DNA from: Candidatus Omnitrophota bacterium
Lineage (GTDB): Bacteria > Omnitrophota > Gorgyraeia > Pluralincolimonadales > Pluralincolimonadaceae
Assembly (NCBI GenBank): GCA_041653595.1
Contig: JBAZFB010000005.1
Coordinates: 32,075-96,074 of the forward strand
DNA: 64,000 nucleotides
Direction: 5' to 3'
Shown here: positions 9,866 to 19,824 of the stretch, piece after piece
Position numbering within the stretch: the stretch's first letter is position 1
Layout: every line of letters begins with the position of its first letter
Notes under the pieces: model-generated
What the model was told of the DNA's origin: nothing
The model's input: only the letters and a program-made list of their open reading frames with translations
Database searches by the model: none
Position numbers and translations under genes: made by a program

Positions 9866-11257
9866 ATGAATGTTTTACTGGTAAAGCCCTATAACCTTAG
9901 CGATCATATCCAGCCTTCCCTGGGCCTGGGCTATTTAGCCGAGTCGTGCAGGAGGGCCGGGCATAATGTGACGATACTCGATTGCATTAAAAAGGGCATG
10001 AAGGCGGATGCCTTGATCCATATGGTCAAAGAGGTAAAGCCCGACGTCGTCGGTTTCCAATGCTATACGTTCGATCTGAAATTCGTCAAGGAGGCCCTGG
10101 AAGGATGCAAAAACCTGAAGCCAGGCTTGATAACTGTCCTGGGCGGGCCGCATCCTTCTGCCGCCCCCGAAGAGAGCTTTAAGTATTTCGGCGCTTCTTT
10201 GGATTTTATCTTCGTAGGGGAAGCCGAAAAAGGCCTTCCTATGTTGCTGGAAAGGCTGGAAAGAAAAGGACCCCGGGACCTTTCGGATATCCCCGGGTTA
10301 GGATGGAGAGAGGACGGCCGTGTTCGCATAAATCCCCAGATATTCGTTGAAGACCTGGACAGCTTGGGCATGCCGGCATGGGACCTTATCCGGCCCGAGG
10401 AATATCCCGAATGCCAGCACGGCGCCGTTTTCCGGAAGTTCCCCATAGCGCCTATAATGGTCACCCGCGGTTGCCCTTTTTCCTGCACGTTTTGCGCGGG
10501 GAACATAATAGGGGGGAAAAAGATACGGAAACATAGCGTGGATTTCATTCTCGGGCAGATCAAGTATCTGTATGATAAGCATGGCATACGGGAATTCCAT
10601 ATTATAGATGATAACTTTACTTTTGACAGGGCCTACGCAAAGGAATTACTGCGGAAACTCGCCGATCTGCACTTGGATATAAGCTGGGCAACTCCAAACG
10701 GGGTCCGCATAGACTGTCTGGACGAAGAAATGCTTGTGCTGATGAAAAAAAGCGGCCTTTACCTTATTTCATTAGGGATAGAATCAGGCTCAGACAGGGT
10801 ACTTGCCTTAATGAAGAAAGGGACCACCACCGATAAGATACGGAAGGGGATAGATATGATCCGCCGGTTTAAGATAGATGTGGCGGGATTTTTTATCGTG
10901 GGCTTCCCGGGTGAGAAAGAAGAGGATATCAGGAAAACGATACGTTTTTCGCTTGATCTGGGTTTGATCAGGGCGAATTATTTTACATACCTGCCTTTTC
11001 CCGGCACGGCCAGTTATAAGAAATTGGCTTCAGGGGGGAAATTGGGCGGCGTTGACTGGGACAGGTTTTATTTTATGAGCGCCCCGTACGCGGGAGACGG
11101 CTTGAGCCAAAAACAGGTCAAATCTTTGCAGCGCGAAGCTTTCTTAAGATTTTATATGCGGCCGGGAATAATGATAAAGAACATATTGGCGATCAAGTCT
11201 CCGCGGCATTTCAAGTTCCTCCTGAAGAGGTTCTTCCATTGGGTCATCATGACATGA
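9866..11257 (+). CDS. B12-binding domain-containing radical SAM protein (paralog 2)
   Basis: KPDVVGFQCYT...VLGGPHPS B12-like region, then TRGCPFSCTFC (CxxxCxxC). Confidence 0.85.
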   Translation: MNVLLVKPYNLSDHIQPSLGLGYLAESCRRAGHNVTILDCIKKGMKADALIHMVKEVKPDVVGFQCYTFDLKFVKEALEGCKNLKPGLITVLGGPHPSAAPEESFKYFGASLDFIFVGEAEKGLPMLLERLERKGPRDLSDIPGLGWREDGRVRINPQIFVEDLDSLGMPAWDLIRPEEYPECQHGAVFRKFPIAPIMVTRGCPFSCTFCAGNIIGGKKIRKHSVDFILGQIKYLYDKHGIREFHIIDDNFTFDRAYAKELLRKLADLHLDISWATPNGVRIDCLDEEMLVLMKKSGLYLISLGIESGSDRVLALMKKGTTTDKIRKGIDMIRRFKIDVAGFFIVGFPGEKEEDIRKTIRFSLDLGLIRANYFTYLPFPGTASYKKLASGGKLGGVDWDRFYFMSAPYAGDGLSQKQVKSLQREAFLRFYMRPGIMIKNILAIKSPRHFKFLLKRFFHWVIMT

Positions 11258-12546
11258 AAAAAGTGATATCGATCGCCTTGGCGATCTTTGCCATTGCCCT
11301 GTTGCCGCGGCTTTATGTAGCCCTTTCTGACAGGCAGGTCTTTACACCCGACTCCATTTATTACAACGGACTCGCCGGGAACATTCTCGAGGGCAAGGGA
11401 TTCAGCGTGGGCGGGAAGCCTACCACTTTCAAAGAGCCGTTTTATCCTTTTTTTCTGGCGGCGGTATATCATATATTCGGCAATAACTACGCGGCCGTTA
11501 AAGTTATCCAGGCGATCATAGGCGCGCTGACATGCGTAATAATTTTTATGATAGCAAGGCGATTATTCGACGCCAAAACAGCCGTTTTGGGCGCGTTGAT
11601 AGGCTGTTTTTATCCGGCATTTATTAGAACTACGGAACTTATGATAACAGAGCTCCTTTATACTTTTTTGCTTATCTCTATCATATTCTTCCTTCTAAGG
11701 TATATCCAGGGCGGCGGTTATGGGAATTTGGCCTTTTGCGGGGCCGCGCTGGGGATAGCTTCGCTCACGCGCTCTGTTATAGTCCTGCTTCCCGTTTTTA
11801 TCCTTCTGTTGGCGGGAAAGATCTTTCTCTCCCAGGCCCGCAGCGTCAAAAAGTATATTATAAGCGCGGCCATCCTGCTTGCTTTTTTTATACTGCCGAT
11901 AGCTCCCTGGACCGTCAGGAACTGGAAAGTGGCCCATCGTTTTATCCCCATTTCCACCACGATGGGAATAGGGCTTTATAGCTCATATGTGCCCAAAGAG
12001 GGGAAATTATACGGCTTTATCGCCAGTGATGAAGTCGTGGAAAAGTCCAGGTCATTAGGATCTGAGGCCGCGCAAAGCGATTTCCTGGCAAAAGAGGCGC
12101 TAAAATATATAAAAAACAACCCTCTCCGCGTTCTAAAACTGGAGGTACTAAAAACCGTTTACTTCTGGAGCGTCTTCGATTGGGAGATCCTGGGTAACGG
12201 CGTGTATAATTACATGTATGCGTTCATTATGCCGTTTTTCATCTTAGGCATATTCGTTAATTCCAAAAGGTCCTGGGAGCTGGCCCCGGTCTATCTGCCT
12301 ATTATCTATTCTTTTTGCGTTTCTTTGGTGTTCTACGGTTCGCCGAGGTTCCGCCTGCCTATCGAGCCGTATATTATCATGATCGGCGCCGCGGGAATTT
12401 TCCATTTTATCCGCAGGTCCAGGAATAAGATTCTTCCCGGCCTATTAATAAGCGGTTACTTTATGTTGAACGTATGTTTTTATGCGGCCTCATATGAAAC
12501 AAAAGTGTTCTTCAGGTCCATATTCCAAAAGATAGGGCTCTGGTAG
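11254..12546 (+). CDS. GT-C fold membrane glycosyltransferase, ArnT/PMT (GT39/GT83-like, PMT_2) family
   Basis: Multi-TM protein with DSIYYNGLAGNILEGKGFS...FKEPFYPFFLAAV, the periplasmic-loop signature of polyprenyl-phosphate-sugar-dependent GT-C enzymes. ATGA overlap upstream. Confidence 0.7.
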   Translation: MKKVISIALAIFAIALLPRLYVALSDRQVFTPDSIYYNGLAGNILEGKGFSVGGKPTTFKEPFYPFFLAAVYHIFGNNYAAVKVIQAIIGALTCVIIFMIARRLFDAKTAVLGALIGCFYPAFIRTTELMITELLYTFLLISIIFFLLRYIQGGGYGNLAFCGAALGIASLTRSVIVLLPVFILLLAGKIFLSQARSVKKYIISAAILLAFFILPIAPWTVRNWKVAHRFIPISTTMGIGLYSSYVPKEGKLYGFIASDEVVEKSRSLGSEAAQSDFLAKEALKYIKNNPLRVLKLEVLKTVYFWSVFDWEILGNGVYNYMYAFIMPFFILGIFVNSKRSWELAPVYLPIIYSFCVSLVFYGSPRFRLPIEPYIIMIGAAGIFHFIRRSRNKILPGLLISGYFMLNVCFYAASYETKVFFRSIFQKIGLW

Positions 12547-13509
12547 ATGTTAAATGAAGAGTTGAAGGATAAATTGGCTTGTCCGGGCTGTTTGGGGGAC
12601 CTGTCATTCGGCGAAGGGGACTTTACTTGTAATAAGTGCCGCAGGAAATACCCTGTGGTCGACGGCATCCCTGTACTGATAAATGAGGACAAAAGCTTAT
12701 TCAGGATAAAGGATTTCCTGGGCAGGTCTTCGACTACCATCGAGTTAAGCGGCTTTAATAAAGGGTTACTGAGGAAGATATGGAGCAGGGTCACCCCGGA
12801 GCTTACCCTTAATATTTACAGCAAAAGAAATTTCAAAAAATTCATCAAAGAGGCATGTGATTCCGCGGCGAGGCCCGCGATATTGGTCATCGGGGGAGGA
12901 GTTTTGGGCTCGGGCCTGGCGGAAATTACCAAAAATGACAAAATAGTGCTCATCGAGAGCGACGTTTCTTTCGGCCCGCGGACGCAAATAATTTGCGACG
13001 CGCACAACCTGCCGTTCGTCGATTCTTCCCTCGACGGAGTGATCGCGCAGGCAGTGCTCGAGCATGTCACGGACCCGTACAAATGCGTAAGCGAGATATA
13101 CCGCGTCTTGAGACCGAAAGGGCTTGTGTATAGCGAAGTCCCTTTTATGCAGCAAGTCCATATGGGGAGATATGATTTTACAAGGTTCACCGATTTGGGG
13201 CACAGGAGGCTTTTTAGGAATTTCGAGGAGATAGAAAGGGGCGTAGCCGGAGGGCCTGCCAGCGCCCTGGCGTGGAGCCTCAGGTATTTTTTTGTGAGTT
13301 TTACCGACTCCCGTTTAATCAAAAAGATATTAAGCGCGTTCTCTATTTTCGCGTTCTTTTGGATCAAATATTTCGATTTTTGTCTTGTAAAAAAGGCCTC
13401 TTCCGCCGACGCGGCCGGAGGGTTCTATTTCCTCGGGAGAAAAAGCGATAAGACCGTGACGGATACCGAAATAGTCTCGCTCTATAAGGCAAAGGGCAAA
13501 GGATCTTGA
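12547..13509 (+). CDS. Trm112-like zinc-ribbon domain fused to a class I SAM methyltransferase
   Basis: N-terminal CPGC...CNKC...YPVVDGIPVL (Trm112/YcaR-like), then LVIGGGVLG and VLEHVTDPYKCVSEIYRVLRPKG methyltransferase motifs. Confidence 0.7.
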   Translation: MLNEELKDKLACPGCLGDLSFGEGDFTCNKCRRKYPVVDGIPVLINEDKSLFRIKDFLGRSSTTIELSGFNKGLLRKIWSRVTPELTLNIYSKRNFKKFIKEACDSAARPAILVIGGGVLGSGLAEITKNDKIVLIESDVSFGPRTQIICDAHNLPFVDSSLDGVIAQAVLEHVTDPYKCVSEIYRVLRPKGLVYSEVPFMQQVHMGRYDFTRFTDLGHRRLFRNFEEIERGVAGGPASALAWSLRYFFVSFTDSRLIKKILSAFSIFAFFWIKYFDFCLVKKASSADAAGGFYFLGRKSDKTVTDTEIVSLYKAKGKGS

Positions 13510-14924
13510 ATAAAATAGCGATATTTGCATATATTTTACTGGGGATCGCCCTCGGCTTTATTTTGACGTTTTATACCGCCGGTTTATTCGTTCTATCCCT
13601 TTTTTTGGCGTCACTGCTCGTAATAAAACTGTTTGTTAGAAAGGAATCTTCAGGTTTCCTGATAAAACTTTTCATCATAAGTTTTATCCTCAGGGCGGTA
13701 ATGTGCCTGGTCAATTATAATGTAGGCCTCGAGCCTCCTTTCTGGGGAGGAGATACCCAGCCTGACGCCGCAGTCTACAACGTTAACGCTTTTTATATCG
13801 CTCATTTGCTGAAGGATAATCCCGCGGAAGAAAGTCTTGCCAGGGCCAGGGACCCGTTCTTGGACAGGATGCTTGATAAGACGCGATACTTCCATGACAA
13901 CAGGCTGCCTGACCTCGGCGGATACCAATTCGACAGCAATGTTTTTGGGTTGGGGGTTTTGTATGCGTGGCTCGGCTATGCGCCGGTCGCGGCTAAAATG
14001 ACCAACAGCCTTATTTGCTGCTTAAGCATTATTCTCGTGTATTTGATCTCCCGCCGGCTCTTTGGAGAGGAGAAGCCCTCGCGTATCGCCGCCGTCATTT
14101 TTGCGTTCTTCCCGTCTATTTTCTACTGGTCTGTCACGGGTTTACGCGACAGCGTCAGTAATTTTTTGCTTTTGGCTTATTTATTATTCCTTGTCAAACT
14201 GATCGCGGAAAAGAAGTTTAAATATATATTCTGGGCCCTGTTTTTTATATATTTATCGAACCTCTTCAGGACTAAGTTATCAATATCATTATTGGCAGGA
14301 TTGGGCGTGGTTTCTGTATTCAGCCTTCTAAAAGCGCTTAAGGTAGGGAAAAACACTATTCTAAGGGTATCTTTGATCTTCGCCGTATATTTTATCTTAG
14401 TGTTTGTATTTGCGGATAGGACCGTGATAACCTCAAAGATCGTAAATACCGCTAATTTCATAGCCCGTGTTAACCTTGCCCAGGTCGTTTCTGAGGGGGC
14501 ATTCCATCCTTCTCAGACAAATTACAGGATATATTCAGATCTGGTTTACCAGCAGGGTAAGCTGACGCCCGGAGACGTCTTTTCTTTCGGATACCTGGCG
14601 ACTATCCTAAAAGCGATCTTATATTTTTTCTTTGCGCCGTTCCCGTTCGGGAACTGGACCTTGAGCTTCCTGCCTTTTTATCCGCAGGTCATTTATTGGT
14701 ATTTAATGGCCCCGTTCGCCGTAAGGGGATGGCTGCTTTTCTTAAAGAAAGATAAATATGCCTCGCTTGCCGTCACGGCTTTACTCTTGATACTTATCCT
14801 GCCTGCCGCTCTTTTCGAAAGCAATATAGGGACTGCTTTCCGGCATAAGGATATGTTTATGCCTGTCGCTTTCATGTTCGCGGCTTATGCCCTTACAAGA
14901 CAGCAGGCGGTCAATCGCTGCTAA
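13506..14924 (+). CDS. Polytopic membrane protein, GT-C-like (PMT_2/ArnT-like) glycosyltransferase or glycan polymerase
   Basis: More than 10 predicted TM helices. RRLFGEEKPSRIAAVIFAFFPSIFYWSVTGLRDS resembles the GT-C conserved region. TTG start with TTGA overlap. Confidence 0.5.
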   Translation: MNKIAIFAYILLGIALGFILTFYTAGLFVLSLFLASLLVIKLFVRKESSGFLIKLFIISFILRAVMCLVNYNVGLEPPFWGGDTQPDAAVYNVNAFYIAHLLKDNPAEESLARARDPFLDRMLDKTRYFHDNRLPDLGGYQFDSNVFGLGVLYAWLGYAPVAAKMTNSLICCLSIILVYLISRRLFGEEKPSRIAAVIFAFFPSIFYWSVTGLRDSVSNFLLLAYLLFLVKLIAEKKFKYIFWALFFIYLSNLFRTKLSISLLAGLGVVSVFSLLKALKVGKNTILRVSLIFAVYFILVFVFADRTVITSKIVNTANFIARVNLAQVVSEGAFHPSQTNYRIYSDLVYQQGKLTPGDVFSFGYLATILKAILYFFFAPFPFGNWTLSFLPFYPQVIYWYLMAPFAVRGWLLFLKKDKYASLAVTALLLILILPAALFESNIGTAFRHKDMFMPVAFMFAAYALTRQQAVNRC

Positions 14925-16120
14925 TGAAGAACATCCTGTATATAACTTATGACGGATTATTGGACCCGGTCGCGAAATCCCAGGTCTTGCCGTACCTGTC
15001 GGGATTGTCGAAAAAGGGATTTCTTGTTTCCGTCATCAGTTTTGAGAAGGAAAACAGGACAAGAACAGGAAAAGACGCTGACAGGACAAGGGCGGACCTG
15101 GAAAGAAATAACGTTTTTTGGAAAGCGTTAAAATACCACAAATCCCCGCCGGTCCCCGCGACTATTTTTGATATTATAACGGGTTTTTATTCGGCATTGT
15201 CGGGTCCCCGCAGGGACGATCTTGGGCTCATACACGCCAGGGGATACATTCCGGCCCTGTTGGGGGTTTCACTGAAATGGGTCAGCGGTAAAAAACTTAT
15301 ATTCGACATGCGGGGCTTTTGGCCGGACGAGAAAGTCGACGCGAAGGCCTGGAGGGAAGACAGCCCGATCTACGCTTTATTCAAGAAGATCGAAAGGATG
15401 CTCATAAACAGAAGCGACGAGATCGTTGTCTTGACCGTGGCCGCAGAAAAATACCTGAGGAAGGATTTCCCCGGGGCCGCAATTTCGGTAATCCCGTGCT
15501 GTGTAGATACCGGGCTCTTTGCGCCGAAACCGCGGGGGGATATCATACCCGATAAGGCAAAAGACAGGTTCATTTTGATATATTTAGGCAGCACGGGGAC
15601 CTTTTATGATCTGGACGGGATGGCCCTATTTTTTAAGGCCTTAAAAAACAAGAATCATAAGGCCTATTTCTGGCTGGTCACGAACTCGGCGGTCAAAGAT
15701 GTCGAAGGCGTCATGTTTGGACACGGTATAGACAGGAATGATTTTGCGGTAACCAATTTAGATTACAGGGATATCCCGTCTGCCTTATCAGGCTCGGACC
15801 TGTCCATAATGTTCTATAAACGCCGGCTTTCCTCTCGGGGTTGTTCCCCCATAAAGTTTGCCGAAAGCTTGTCTTGCGGCTTGCCCGTAGTCATTAATTC
15901 CGGAATCGGCGATACGGAGGAGTTCATAAACAAAGAAAAAGTAGGCGTGATCGCGGATGTTTCAAGCCCCGGAGGGGTCGAAAAGGCCGTCGAAAAAGCA
16001 TCGGAATTATTATCGGAAGGGGAAGACCTCAGTAAAAGATGCAGGTTTGCGGCGGAAAAATATTTTTCACTCGAATATGCAGTTGATAAGTACAGCATGA
16101 TTTATCGAAGGTTATTGTGA
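14924..16120 (+). CDS. Glycosyltransferase family 4
   Basis: GT-B architecture with a C-terminal FAESLSCGLPVVINSGIGDTEEFI (E-x7-E-like) motif. Confidence 0.75.
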   Translation: MKNILYITYDGLLDPVAKSQVLPYLSGLSKKGFLVSVISFEKENRTRTGKDADRTRADLERNNVFWKALKYHKSPPVPATIFDIITGFYSALSGPRRDDLGLIHARGYIPALLGVSLKWVSGKKLIFDMRGFWPDEKVDAKAWREDSPIYALFKKIERMLINRSDEIVVLTVAAEKYLRKDFPGAAISVIPCCVDTGLFAPKPRGDIIPDKAKDRFILIYLGSTGTFYDLDGMALFFKALKNKNHKAYFWLVTNSAVKDVEGVMFGHGIDRNDFAVTNLDYRDIPSALSGSDLSIMFYKRRLSSRGCSPIKFAESLSCGLPVVINSGIGDTEEFINKEKVGVIADVSSPGGVEKAVEKASELLSEGEDLSKRCRFAAEKYFSLEYAVDKYSMIYRRLL

Positions 16121-16121
16121 A

Positions 16122-17213
16122 ATGAGGATATTATTTTGGGTCCCATATCCGCACGAGGGAGCAAGCAACAGGTATAGGATAGAGCAGTACCTCCCTTATT
16201 TAAAAAAGGAAGGCATATCCGCCGACATCCATCCCTTTTGGAACAGCGCCGCATTCAAGGTTTTATATGAAAAGGGGAACTATTTAACGAAAATATTTTT
16301 CTTTTTAACGGGGACAGCCTACCGCTTTCTGGACATATTCCGGCTGCCCCGGTACGACGTCGTTTTTATACACAGAGAGGCTTTTCCGCTCGGCAGCTGT
16401 TTCTTCGAATCGGTTGTGAGTTTTGTCAGAAAACCGGTAATATTCGATTTTGATGACGCAATATTCCTGCCTTTTACCAGCCCGCAGAATAATTTTGTAG
16501 AAAAGTACAAAAAACCGCAGAAAATAGCCAAGATAGTGGAACTTAGCGACTACGTGATAGCCGGAAATGACTATCTGGCCGAATTTGCGCTGCGCCATAA
16601 CCGGTATGTTTCCGTGATACCCACTCCCGTCGATCTGGATAAGTATTATCCGGCCGCCAGGGACATCCGGGAAAAAGTGGTCGTTGGCTGGATAGGCAGC
16701 GTCACAACGATGGATTTCTTAAGACCGATGGCCGGCGTATTTGCGAAGTTATCGGAGCGGTTTCCCAATGTCGAATTTAAGATAGTCGGCGGGGATCTCG
16801 ATAACGGTAAAATTCCGGGCGTGATCTGCGTGCCATGGTCGCTTGAAGAAGAATTAAGCCAATTGAGGACGTTTGATATAGGGATAATGCCCATGCCGGA
16901 TAACGAATGGACAAGAGGGAAATGCGGGTTTAAGGCTATCCTGTATATGAGCATGGCAATACCTTCGGTATGCTCTCCGGTGGGCATGAACAAGGAGATA
17001 ATAGCGGACGGGGTTAACGGTTTCTTGGCTTATGACGAAGATCAATGGCTAAAAAAACTCACTCTATTGATCGAAGACTCCGGGCTTAGGAAGAGAACGG
17101 GGATTGAAGCGAAAAAGACGGTGGAAGAAAGATATTCGGTTAAGGTAAATGCGCCTAAATTTATAGCTGTTTTAAAAGAAGCTTATAATAAAAACAGGCA
17201 GGGCCAAATATAA
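16122..17213 (+). CDS. Glycosyltransferase family 4
   Basis: GT-B architecture with WIGSVTT...KAILYMSMAIPSVCSPVGMNKEII, typical of Glyco_trans_1-like enzymes. Confidence 0.75.
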   Translation: MRILFWVPYPHEGASNRYRIEQYLPYLKKEGISADIHPFWNSAAFKVLYEKGNYLTKIFFFLTGTAYRFLDIFRLPRYDVVFIHREAFPLGSCFFESVVSFVRKPVIFDFDDAIFLPFTSPQNNFVEKYKKPQKIAKIVELSDYVIAGNDYLAEFALRHNRYVSVIPTPVDLDKYYPAARDIREKVVVGWIGSVTTMDFLRPMAGVFAKLSERFPNVEFKIVGGDLDNGKIPGVICVPWSLEEELSQLRTFDIGIMPMPDNEWTRGKCGFKAILYMSMAIPSVCSPVGMNKEIIADGVNGFLAYDEDQWLKKLTLLIEDSGLRKRTGIEAKKTVEERYSVKVNAPKFIAVLKEAYNKNRQGQI

Positions 17214-19114
17214 TGTGCGGTATTTGCGGGATCGTCGATCATAGAGGGGGCGGTATTACCGGAGAAAAGACGATAAATGATATGTGCAGGGAATTGAGGC
17301 ACAGGGGCCCGGATGACGGGGGTATTTATCTGAACAGCGGGATGCCTTCCGTAGCCCTGGGCCATAGGAGACTAAGCATCATTGATCTGTCCCAGGCAGG
17401 CCACCAGCCGATGAGCAATGAGGACGGGTCGGTCCAGCTGGTCTTTAACGGAGAGATATATAATTACAAAGATCTAAAAGATGAACTGAAAATGAGAGGG
17501 CATATATTCAAGTCTGATTCAGACACCGAGGTCATGGTACATCTTTACGAGACTTACGGAGAGGAGTGCGTAAGGCATCTCCGCGGCATGTTTGCTTTTG
17601 CGGTATGGGATGAAAAAAAGAAAACCCTTTTTTTGGGGAGAGACAGGATAGGGAAAAAGCCGCTTCTTTATTGTCGATCAGGGAATATTTTTTGTTTTGG
17701 GTCTGAATTTTCATCAATTTTGGCAAGCGGTTTAATCAATAAAAGTATAAATCTCAAGGCGGTTAATTATTATATGAATTTCGGTTATGTGCCGGCCCCG
17801 TTCACGATCTATAACGGCATCTTTAAGCTTCCGGCGGCGCATACCTTGACATTGAAAGACGGAAATATCCGCCTGGAACGGTACTGGCAGGTTGATTATT
17901 CCGGCAAAATAAATATTTCGGAAGAAGAGGCCTCGGAGGAAGTCTTAAGATTGCTCAAAGAAGCGGTAAAAATCAGGTTATACAGCGATGTGCCCTTGGG
18001 GGCCTTCTTAAGCGGAGGAATCGACTCAAGCGCGGTAGTAGGCCTGATGAGCCAGGTATCCGGCGCTAAAGTAAAGACTTTTTCAATAGGTTTTGAGGAA
18101 TCCGATTACAACGAGCTTAAATACGCAAGGATGGTCGCGGGAAAATTCGCGACGGAACATCACGAGTTTATCGTGAAACCTAACGCACTTGAGATCCTTC
18201 CTTTGTTGGTAGAAAGGTACGGGGAACCTTATGCCGACTCCTCCTGTATACCTACTTATTACGTCTGCCGGGAGACAAGGCGGTTCGTGACGGTAGCCCT
18301 GAACGGCGACGGCGGCGACGAGGCATTCGGAGGGTATGAGAGATACCAGGCAATGCTGATCTCGGAAAACCTGCAAAAATTACCCATTTATTTAAGAAAC
18401 ATGATAAGCGGGTTAGCGGGCATCCTGCCCGATTCTGTAAACCAAAAAGATACGCTCAGGCGGTTAAAGAGATTTTTAGGCAGCGCGGGGCTGCCGGCGG
18501 GAGAGAGGTACCTGAGGTGGGCAGGTATCCTGGGGGAGGTCCGCCCGGATGAGTTGTATTCGGACGAGTTTTTAAAAGAGACCCGTTCAGCCGGTCCTTT
18601 AGCTATCCTGGAACCGTACTTAAACTGCCCCGGCAAACCGGATCTGCTGGACCGCCTTCTTTTGGCCGATACCTCGACGTACCTGCCCGATGACCTGCTG
18701 GTCAAGGTTGATATAGCCAGTATGGCTAACTCCCTCGAAGCAAGGTCTCCGTTCCTCGACCATAAACTCATCGAGTTCGCCGCAAAGCTGCCTTCCGATC
18801 TTAAGATCAGGGGGGCCGCAAAGAAATACATCCTGCGAAAGGCCGTCAAAGGGCTGCTTCCGGAAGAAAATATCCGCAGGAGAAAGATGGGGTTCGGCAT
18901 GCCGGTCGGGCAATGGTTCAGAGGGGAACTCAAAGGTTTCTTATGCGACACAGTGCTTTCCGCGGCCTCTCTTAAAAGGGGGTATTTTAAACCCGGTGCG
19001 GTAAAGAGGATGGTCGAAGACCATATCTCCGGGAAAAAAGATTACGCTTTCCAGTTATGGGCGATCTTGATGCTCGAATTGTGGCACAAAAAATTCATGG
19101 ATTCCGCGATATGA
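17213..19114 (+). CDS. asnB: Asparagine synthase (glutamine-hydrolysing) family amidotransferase
   Basis: MCGICGIV N-terminal nucleophile Cys2 (GATase type 2) and the SGGIDSS PP-loop ATP pyrophosphatase motif. Length 633 aa. Confidence 0.9.
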   Translation: MCGICGIVDHRGGGITGEKTINDMCRELRHRGPDDGGIYLNSGMPSVALGHRRLSIIDLSQAGHQPMSNEDGSVQLVFNGEIYNYKDLKDELKMRGHIFKSDSDTEVMVHLYETYGEECVRHLRGMFAFAVWDEKKKTLFLGRDRIGKKPLLYCRSGNIFCFGSEFSSILASGLINKSINLKAVNYYMNFGYVPAPFTIYNGIFKLPAAHTLTLKDGNIRLERYWQVDYSGKINISEEEASEEVLRLLKEAVKIRLYSDVPLGAFLSGGIDSSAVVGLMSQVSGAKVKTFSIGFEESDYNELKYARMVAGKFATEHHEFIVKPNALEILPLLVERYGEPYADSSCIPTYYVCRETRRFVTVALNGDGGDEAFGGYERYQAMLISENLQKLPIYLRNMISGLAGILPDSVNQKDTLRRLKRFLGSAGLPAGERYLRWAGILGEVRPDELYSDEFLKETRSAGPLAILEPYLNCPGKPDLLDRLLLADTSTYLPDDLLVKVDIASMANSLEARSPFLDHKLIEFAAKLPSDLKIRGAAKKYILRKAVKGLLPEENIRRRKMGFGMPVGQWFRGELKGFLCDTVLSAASLKRGYFKPGAVKRMVEDHISGKKDYAFQLWAILMLELWHKKFMDSAI

Positions 19115-19824
19115 AAAAATGCAGATACTGGCTGCTGGGCTGCGCAGCCGTTTTGGCCGTAACAGCGCTCCTCCTTAACCTGGAGGTCACGACCTTACAG
19201 GGAGTAAATTATAAAGTCCGCACCGTTAAGCTGCCTTTATACCTAAAATTACTGGATTTCTATGACAGGCATTATAATTATGGGGTCCTGGCGAAGAAGA
19301 TAGTCTCGGGCGCCAAAAGCGACGAAGATAAGGCGATGAAGATATTTGAATGGACACGCGCAAACATAAGGGACAATCCGAAGGAATTACCCATAATAGA
19401 CGATCATGTCTGGCATATCATTATAAGGGGATACGCGGTTGACGACCAGTTCCAGGATGTTTTTACCACCCTTTGTAACTACGCAAACATCAATTCCTTC
19501 TTTTATGACGTATATTCAGAAACGGGGGAGGGGAGGAAACCTTTGTCGTTCGTGAACTTAAGGGGTACGTGGGCCGTTTTTGACGTCTATAACGGCGTTT
19601 ATTTCGTGAACAAAAAAGGCCAGATAGCCGGCATTTCAGACTTATCCGGGGGAGACTGGAAAGCCGTCAGCGGCATTAAAAGAGATATCCCCGGTAACTA
19701 TGACAAGTTTTTCAAAAATTTAAATTCTATAAACTTTCAGAAATGGAGGCTAAGCAGGGGCGCGATCCAATCTCCGCTTAGGAGATTTATGTATTTCATG
19801 AAAAAACCGGTCAGCACGGACTAG
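19111..19824 (+). CDS. Hypothetical signal-anchored/secreted protein
   Basis: N-terminal hydrophobic segment WLLGCAAVLAVTALLL and no recognised catalytic motifs. ATGA overlap with asnB suggests co-translation. Confidence 0.5.
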   Translation: MKKCRYWLLGCAAVLAVTALLLNLEVTTLQGVNYKVRTVKLPLYLKLLDFYDRHYNYGVLAKKIVSGAKSDEDKAMKIFEWTRANIRDNPKELPIIDDHVWHIIIRGYAVDDQFQDVFTTLCNYANINSFFYDVYSETGEGRKPLSFVNLRGTWAVFDVYNGVYFVNKKGQIAGISDLSGGDWKAVSGIKRDIPGNYDKFFKNLNSINFQKWRLSRGAIQSPLRRFMYFMKKPVSTD

